IMG/VR virus record: IMGVR_UViG_3300010347_002008
Location: 15,877 to 79,876 of that record
Source of the DNA: a virus
Taxonomy: Duplodnaviria; Caudoviricetes
DNA: 64,000 nucleotides
Direction: 5' to 3' (one strand)
Below are positions 58,597 through 64,000 of the stretch, piece after piece (position 1 is the stretch's first letter; each line of letters opens with the position of its first letter). Both the position numbers and the translations under genes were made by a program. The notes below the pieces were generated by a model. It was given only the letters and a program-made list of their open reading frames with translations. It was not told the origin of the DNA and searched no databases.

Positions 58597-58886
58597 TGAA
58601 AGCACAAAAAATATATGAGAATATTTTAAAACCTAAATCCGGAGACGAGGTTACACAAGCCCTTATTACTAAATATAATAATATGGATCCAGAAATTTTT
58701 AATTTTTTAAATGATTTAGATTATAAATTTGTAAATTCTGAAAAATTGGTTTTTAAAGCAGAAAAAGAAGCAACTTTAACATTATATGTATTAAATTTTT
58801 ATAAACCTATTGCAGGAAAAACACTACGTGTATTATTAACAGATACTCTAAATGATGTTAAAAAGAAAGTTTATAGACAACTATAA
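58596..58886 (+). CDS. KPK-module protein inserted in the baseplate operon
   Basis: MKAQKIYENILKPKSGDEV. Confidence 0.7.
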   Translation: MKAQKIYENILKPKSGDEVTQALITKYNNMDPEIFNFLNDLDYKFVNSEKLVFKAEKEATLTLYVLNFYKPIAGKTLRVLLTDTLNDVKKKVYRQL

Positions 58887-58901
58887 AATTAAATTAAAGT
58901 A

Positions 58902-60821
58902 ATGGCAAATAGTAACAACCAAAGATTTGAATTTTTTAAGACATCACGAATTCGTTTTAGCGAATTATATCAAGATGCTCTTAATTTTATAAAGGCAAGT
59001 TATGAAGATGTAGGTCAATATTTTACAATGGCTTCTCCTATGGGCCAATTGTTACAGATTACTCTTCATCTTGGAAGAATGATACTCTTCTATATTGAAG
59101 ATGCTATCACTGAATTAAATATAAACACAGCGTCTCGTCCTGCAAGTGTAAAGGGAATCGCAGCTATAACAGGCCACAATCCTTCAAGGGCTATGGCCGC
59201 ACGAGGAACCTTGCGTCTTACATACAATGGACAAAAAATCAATATGTACGGAAACACCGTAACGATTCCTAATTATACTCAATTGACATCTGTTACTAAT
59301 GGCCTTATATACACTATAGTTTTACCTGGAGAAGAAATTAGATTAGACTTAACAAGCATAACAAACTATATAGACGTAAATGTTATGCAAGGAAAACTTG
59401 AATATCAACAAGCCACAGGAACAGGAGACCCATTGCAATCATATAATTTCCAAAATAAAAAGGGAGCAGGAATTGATAATTATTTTGTTAATGTTTACGT
59501 TGACGGAAAAAGATGGGAAACAAGACCATCCATTCTTGATATGGGATTCAATGAAGAGTCTGTAATGGTTAAAACTGGACAAACAGGGGGGATTGATATT
59601 TTCTTTGGCACCGGATATAATGGCAAACCCCCAAGAATGGGATCAACAATACTTGTCGAGTATCTTTTGACAGACGGTGAACCTGGCAATATTAAAAGCC
59701 CTGCAACTGAATCAGAGGCTAGTTGGAAATTTGTAACTCAAGGATATTCATTAAATGGTGAGGATATTGATTTAAATAAGATTCTAAAAGTTTCGATTAA
59801 GAATGATATTCTATTTGGAACATTGGAAGAACCTCTTTATCTTACCCGATTATTAGCTCCTCATATGTCAAGATCATTTACTCTTGCAAATGCTGACAAC
59901 TACATTTATTTCTTACGTAAATTAAATATGTTCACAATTGTCGATGCGATTCCTGGGTTTGCAACCTTTGAGGACAGATATGCGTTAGACAAATATAATC
60001 AAGCAAAGGATAATTACGAAATAGTAAGTGAACAATATAGATCACTGTTATCTACTGTTGGAGCTAATTCAGAATTATCGATGAATAAGAAAATAGAATT
60101 AGATAATGCTCAAAATGAAGTTTATAAATGGCAAGGAATTCTAGAAGAACAAAAGAAAGATGATAATACTGTTTATTTGTTCTTAGTTCCAGATGTAAAC
60201 AAAAGAATTTCTGCAGCTCAAAACTATTATACTTGTGCGTTGGATTCATTCCAACTTACTGATAATGAAAAGACAGCCATCCTGGACCTCATAGAGGACA
60301 GCGGGCAAAGAATTATTACAGTGGATAATGCTATTATGACTCTAAAATACCCACGATTTGTGCTTAATCTAACATTAATAATTTATGAAGGGTTTGATTT
60401 TGATTCTATAAGAGAATCTATAATTTCTAAAACTTCAGAATATTTCTTAAAAAATACACGTAGAGATAGAATACCAGTTTCAGATATAGTTCGTATTGTT
60501 GAGGCTATTGAAGGTGTTGACTCTGTATCTGCCTGGTTTGACGCAGATAAAAATAACCTAACTATTTATGGAGATCATTATGGGTTAGATGATTATGGGG
60601 ATATAATTCTTGAACGTTATGTTTATGATGCGTTTGGAAACAAGGTCCCAGTTAAAGATATTTACCCCTTAATTCGTGGCGGATTCGAATCTTTTAATAG
60701 TGTTTATTATGATGATTCAACAGAAAAGAATAAACTGTCTACTTTGAATATAAATCTAAGGGGAACAACTCCCGTAGATTTCAATTCAAAGAACAATAAA
60801 ACTATTGTAAGTAACATCTAA
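58902..60821 (+). CDS. gp6: baseplate wedge protein gp6-like
   Basis: 639 aa; GHNPSRAMAARGTL, GGIDIFFGTG...P..GSTILVEYLLTDGEPGN, RSFTLANADNY; follows gp25. Confidence 0.75.
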   Translation: MANSNNQRFEFFKTSRIRFSELYQDALNFIKASYEDVGQYFTMASPMGQLLQITLHLGRMILFYIEDAITELNINTASRPASVKGIAAITGHNPSRAMAARGTLRLTYNGQKINMYGNTVTIPNYTQLTSVTNGLIYTIVLPGEEIRLDLTSITNYIDVNVMQGKLEYQQATGTGDPLQSYNFQNKKGAGIDNYFVNVYVDGKRWETRPSILDMGFNEESVMVKTGQTGGIDIFFGTGYNGKPPRMGSTILVEYLLTDGEPGNIKSPATESEASWKFVTQGYSLNGEDIDLNKILKVSIKNDILFGTLEEPLYLTRLLAPHMSRSFTLANADNYIYFLRKLNMFTIVDAIPGFATFEDRYALDKYNQAKDNYEIVSEQYRSLLSTVGANSELSMNKKIELDNAQNEVYKWQGILEEQKKDDNTVYLFLVPDVNKRISAAQNYYTCALDSFQLTDNEKTAILDLIEDSGQRIITVDNAIMTLKYPRFVLNLTLIIYEGFDFDSIRESIISKTSEYFLKNTRRDRIPVSDIVRIVEAIEGVDSVSAWFDADKNNLTIYGDHYGLDDYGDIILERYVYDAFGNKVPVKDIYPLIRGGFESFNSVYYDDSTEKNKLSTLNINLRGTTPVDFNSKNNKTIVSNI

Positions 60822-61216
60822 TGAGAGCAAAAATCATACAAGAAGCAATGAAAGATATTCTTGTTCCTAAAACGAGACAAGAAATTAAAAGAGGTGTGAA
60901 AGAAAGCAACAATCCTTCTATAGTTTTAAAATTTAAGATAAAAGAAGCATGTAAAGAATATTGGAAAAATAAAGGGGTTAAATTTGGCAAGCCAAATTCA
61001 CCTGAAATATTTTATGATGAAAAGGGAGACTTTCGTTACGAATTTGGTTTTAGCTCATCTAAATTACTAAATGGTACTCCATTTATAGCAGAATATGCAG
61101 ATATTATAGGAACACAAATGGGGGCGTTTAATCAATTATATGGTCGTTTTATGTTAAAGGGAGGAAAGTGGTCTAATTCAACTCAATCCATTATTTACAT
61201 GAAAATTAATGAATAA
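60821..61216 (+). CDS. KPK-module protein inserted in the baseplate operon
   Basis: MRAKIIQEAMKDILVPKTRQEI. Confidence 0.7.
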   Translation: MRAKIIQEAMKDILVPKTRQEIKRGVKESNNPSIVLKFKIKEACKEYWKNKGVKFGKPNSPEIFYDEKGDFRYEFGFSSSKLLNGTPFIAEYADIIGTQMGAFNQLYGRFMLKGGKWSNSTQSIIYMKINE

Positions 61217-61219
61217 TAA

Positions 61220-61522
61220 ATGGCAGCAAATACTCAAATAAACAATCCAAGAAAAGGTGTTTATGCAAGAAATACTTATAAAGTTCGTTTGCCTTATTTT
61301 TATCAGGCTAAACACAATAATGACCAGTTTAAGAATTTAGGTTACAATTATCAAGGAAAAATCTTGAGAAGTATAACCTCTCCTGAATTATGGGCTAACC
61401 CTTTACAAACATCTCTAATTGGACAAATTGAGTCAATGATGACATATGTTTTAGAACAAGCAAAATCCATAAAAAAATGGTTCAGTATTGCTCACGATAA
61501 AGATACTCTTAATGTTTCGTGA
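61220..61522 (+). CDS. small hypothetical (possible baseplate) protein
   Basis: 100 aa between the gp6-like and gp7-like genes. Confidence 0.55.
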   Translation: MAANTQINNPRKGVYARNTYKVRLPYFYQAKHNNDQFKNLGYNYQGKILRSITSPELWANPLQTSLIGQIESMMTYVLEQAKSIKKWFSIAHDKDTLNVS

Positions 61523-61526
61523 GATA

Positions 61527-61534
61527 TATAAAAT
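61527..61534 (+). promoter_or_regulatory. T4-type late promoter
   Basis: TATAAATA immediately upstream of the GIY-YIG gene. Confidence 0.65.
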
Positions 61535-61539
61535 AAAAC

Positions 61540-62262
61540 ATGAAAGAAAAGAAAAATTTTATATATGTTACAACTAATTTAATTAATGGAAAACAATATA
61601 TTGGATCACATTATGGAATAGAAAATGATTCATATTTAGGAAGCGGAACAATTTTTAAAAATGCACTTAAAAAATATGGAAAAGAAAATTTTAGAAGAGA
61701 TATTTTAATAGAGTGCGAAATAAATAACAATCTTATTTTAGAACAAAAATACATATCTGATTTAAATACTCTATATCCAAATGGATATAATTTAACTAAA
61801 AATGGTGGTTTTAATATTTTTACAGAAGAATTAAGAAGTAAATTAAGTGATAAGAAGAAAGGAAGAGTTAGCCCAAATAAAGGAAAAAAATTTTCTAAAG
61901 AAACTAGACAGAAAATGTGTGAAGCAAGAAAAGGAATAAAACTTGGTCCTTGTTCTGAAGAAATAAAAGAAAAAATCAGACAAAGTAATTTAGGAAAAAA
62001 ACGATCTATAGAAACAAAACAAAAACTTTCAAAATCTTTAAGTGGAAGAAAACTTTCTGAACAGACAAAGGAAAAAATGAGTAACTTTCAGAAAGGAAGA
62101 ATTAAATCTGAAGAAGAAAGAAAAAATATTTCTGAATCAAAAAAGGGACAAAAAAATCCAATATATGGAAAAAATCCTTGGAACAAAGGAAAAACTGGAT
62201 TCAAACATTCTGAAAAAACAAAACAAAAAATGAGAGAATCCCATAAAAGAAACTATAATTAA
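61540..62262 (+). CDS. intact free-standing GIY-YIG homing endonuclease with NUMOD3 repeats (Seg-like)
   Basis: FIYVTTNLINGKQYIG...YLGSG...EQKYI..NTLYPNGYNL; repeated SEETK.K.S/GKK motifs. Confidence 0.9.
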   Translation: MKEKKNFIYVTTNLINGKQYIGSHYGIENDSYLGSGTIFKNALKKYGKENFRRDILIECEINNNLILEQKYISDLNTLYPNGYNLTKNGGFNIFTEELRSKLSDKKKGRVSPNKGKKFSKETRQKMCEARKGIKLGPCSEEIKEKIRQSNLGKKRSIETKQKLSKSLSGRKLSEQTKEKMSNFQKGRIKSEEERKNISESKKGQKNPIYGKNPWNKGKTGFKHSEKTKQKMRESHKRNYN

Positions 62263-64000
62263 TGAGACCAGAACTTTGGAGAATATACGACAAAAAGGGT
62301 AGTAATTTAAACTTAAACGCTGATTCATACATCAACTTAATATTTGCTTCTGATATTGGTCAAGATGCAGAAGGTTATGCAGTCACAGACCCATCAGGGA
62401 ACATTATTAGAACTGTAATAACTAATAGTGGTTGGAATTATGATAATGAGACTCAAGTCTTAATTGATTTTACATTTAGTGAATTGGGTACTCCATATGA
62501 TGTGTCAGCAAACATCACCTATAAGGATGTTTCTGTGTTTAATCCAGATGGCCACAATTCTCAAGCTATTGGGGATGTTACAATTAATTTTCCTGATTCT
62601 TCTAATTATATGTACCCAGGTGCCACTTATGTAGGTGCATTATTCTTAGATCCAATTTCACAAGGCCTTGTTGAAACAGAACATTTAACAATACTCGAAG
62701 AAATATCAACAAATATATTTGTTACTCCATATGATACTTCTAATTCAACTCTGATATTTAGAATGGTTGGAGAAGAAGATGTTATACAATTTTTTGATGT
62801 TGATCCTCATTCGCAAGAAGTTATATGGACAGATGAAATAATTTATGATGTTAGTCAATATCAATTAAATAAAGGAATTCAATTAAATATCGGATTTAGA
62901 TCTGATGATGAAGGTGTTTATGAAAGAAAAATTGTGGCATACCATCGTATTGGAGATACAGATATGCCTATTTTAGAAATAGTAGTCAATGCTCAATCAA
63001 TCGGCCAAGATGAACGTTTTGACACCTTACTTGAAAACTTTGGGTTATTTAAACCAAAATCTATTCCTACGTTATTTAAAGAAGCTGATATTAATGAAGA
63101 TTTACCTGACTGGCAATTATTAAATTACAAAGCAAAACACATTATACTAGAGCATGATAAAATCATGCCATTTATTGGAACTTATAAAGGCCTTATAAAT
63201 GCCATAAAGTGGTTAGGTTATGATGATATTTATGTAAAGGAATGGTTTAAAGATGTCAAAGAAAGCAAACGAATTTCTTTATATGTTCCTTATGATGCAG
63301 ATGGAAGAAAGAGAACTATAAAATATTTTACTCCAGAAGAAAGAAAGAATCTTAAGAAATTAAATCAACTTTCTTTATGTTATTGTATTACAAGAGAAAC
63401 TGGTGAGGTTGACGAATGGGGAAATCCAATTACTGAAAATTGTTATGAATATAATTTGAATGAAATATTAATTAAACTATATTCACTTAAAGTTTGGTTA
63501 GAGAAAAACATTATCGGTGTTAATGCCCGTATTTATGATTTAACTGGAGAGGGTATATATTTTGAAAGATATAGAAATTTAATTTATGGTACCTCAAATG
63601 TTGGAACAGAAGCTATTTACGAACAGTCGTTAACCCCTACATCCGTTAACCCAGATTCAGAATTAGTGACTGGTGATGCAAGTATGCTACTAACATTAAA
63701 GGAATACAACCAACAGAATGCTATTCAAGATATAAATTGTACATTATTAGAATTGGCTAGATTTGGTTGGGATCCTTGTAATGGATTATTTTCACCAGCA
63801 GATTATTATAATCTACCTTATGTTGATCCTTCAGCTATATTCTTTGGATCTCCATTTATTGCCCCATTTAAAGATCTTTATGATATTCAATGGAAAGTTA
63901 CTGTTGAAAAAGAATATGGTGTTTTAACTAGCCACTTTGTAACTAATCCATTATTCATTTATGAAAACGAAATAAAATTCTATAATACTTTTGACACATC
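62262..64000 (+). CDS. large baseplate wedge protein (gp7-like), partial and absent from the ORF track because it runs off the window
   Basis: Open frame from the ATG at 62262: MRPELWRIYDKKG...PFIGTYKGLINAIKWLGYDDIYVKEW (GT..GL..A...LGY-type wedge motif). Confidence 0.7.
   Translation, partial: MRPELWRIYDKKGSNLNLNADSYINLIFASDIGQDAEGYAVTDPSGNIIRTVITNSGWNYDNETQVLIDFTFSELGTPYDVSANITYKDVSVFNPDGHNSQAIGDVTINFPDSSNYMYPGATYVGALFLDPISQGLVETEHLTILEEISTNIFVTPYDTSNSTLIFRMVGEEDVIQFFDVDPHSQEVIWTDEIIYDVSQYQLNKGIQLNIGFRSDDEGVYERKIVAYHRIGDTDMPILEIVVNAQSIGQDERFDTLLENFGLFKPKSIPTLFKEADINEDLPDWQLLNYKAKHIILEHDKIMPFIGTYKGLINAIKWLGYDDIYVKEWFKDVKESKRISLYVPYDADGRKRTIKYFTPEERKNLKKLNQLSLCYCITRETGEVDEWGNPITENCYEYNLNEILIKLYSLKVWLEKNIIGVNARIYDLTGEGIYFERYRNLIYGTSNVGTEAIYEQSLTPTSVNPDSELVTGDASMLLTLKEYNQQNAIQDINCTLLELARFGWDPCNGLFSPADYYNLPYVDPSAIFFGSPFIAPFKDLYDIQWKVTVEKEYGVLTSHFVTNPLFIYENEIKFYNTFDT

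Noticed and set aside
922-62328. Short track ORFs nested in or antisense to long genes (for example 922, 2650, 4004, 4970, 7037, 8052, 8967, 29888, 46894, 52192, 59380, 62137)
   Set aside because: They overlap well-supported genes, have no recognisable motifs and are expected by chance in AT-rich DNA.
1-64000. Genome-wide stop-codon reassignment (code 15 or code 4)
   Set aside because: ORFs of 1320-1562 aa are uninterrupted in code 11, and TGA stops overlap downstream starts. Only isolated in-frame stops exist.
1-64000. tRNA, rRNA or structured ncRNA genes
   Set aside because: No T-loop (GGTTCRA) cloverleaf or long GC-rich intergenic stretch seen; intergenic gaps are mostly under 300 bp. 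A tRNAscan/Infernal run would be needed to exclude them fully.

Overview
This is an AT-rich 64 kb segment of a large T4-like (jumbo/mega) myophage read in the standard code. The host is probably Bacteroidota, inferred from BACON domains, A-rich leaders without Shine-Dalgarno sites and a Bacteroidota-type lysis candidate. It encodes gp32 SSB, a RuvC-like resolvase, an amidase endolysin, a cluster of nucleotide-processing enzymes, a ~30 kb tail/fibre/adhesin block (15-46 kb, minus strand), an S1-domain protein, gp13-like neck, gp25/gp6/gp7-like baseplate wedge genes, Hsp20, PspC and three homing-endonuclease-type genes (two inactivated). T4-type late promoters (TATAAATA) precede many genes. No tRNA or CRISPR array was seen. 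Two pervasive protein-level signals are not explained by these annotations. (1) A [VI]xE/[SAG]xxD[IV][LF]KPK[ST]xEEI module occurs 24 times in 18 otherwise unrelated ORFs, both N-terminally and internally at domain junctions. This suggests capsid-packaged, prohead-protease-processed polyprotein cargo. (2) D-x-S(/C) is strongly enriched (~40% of Asp) only in distal tail and fibre proteins, suggesting a modification sequon. All family calls come from motif recognition by eye; no database search was run.
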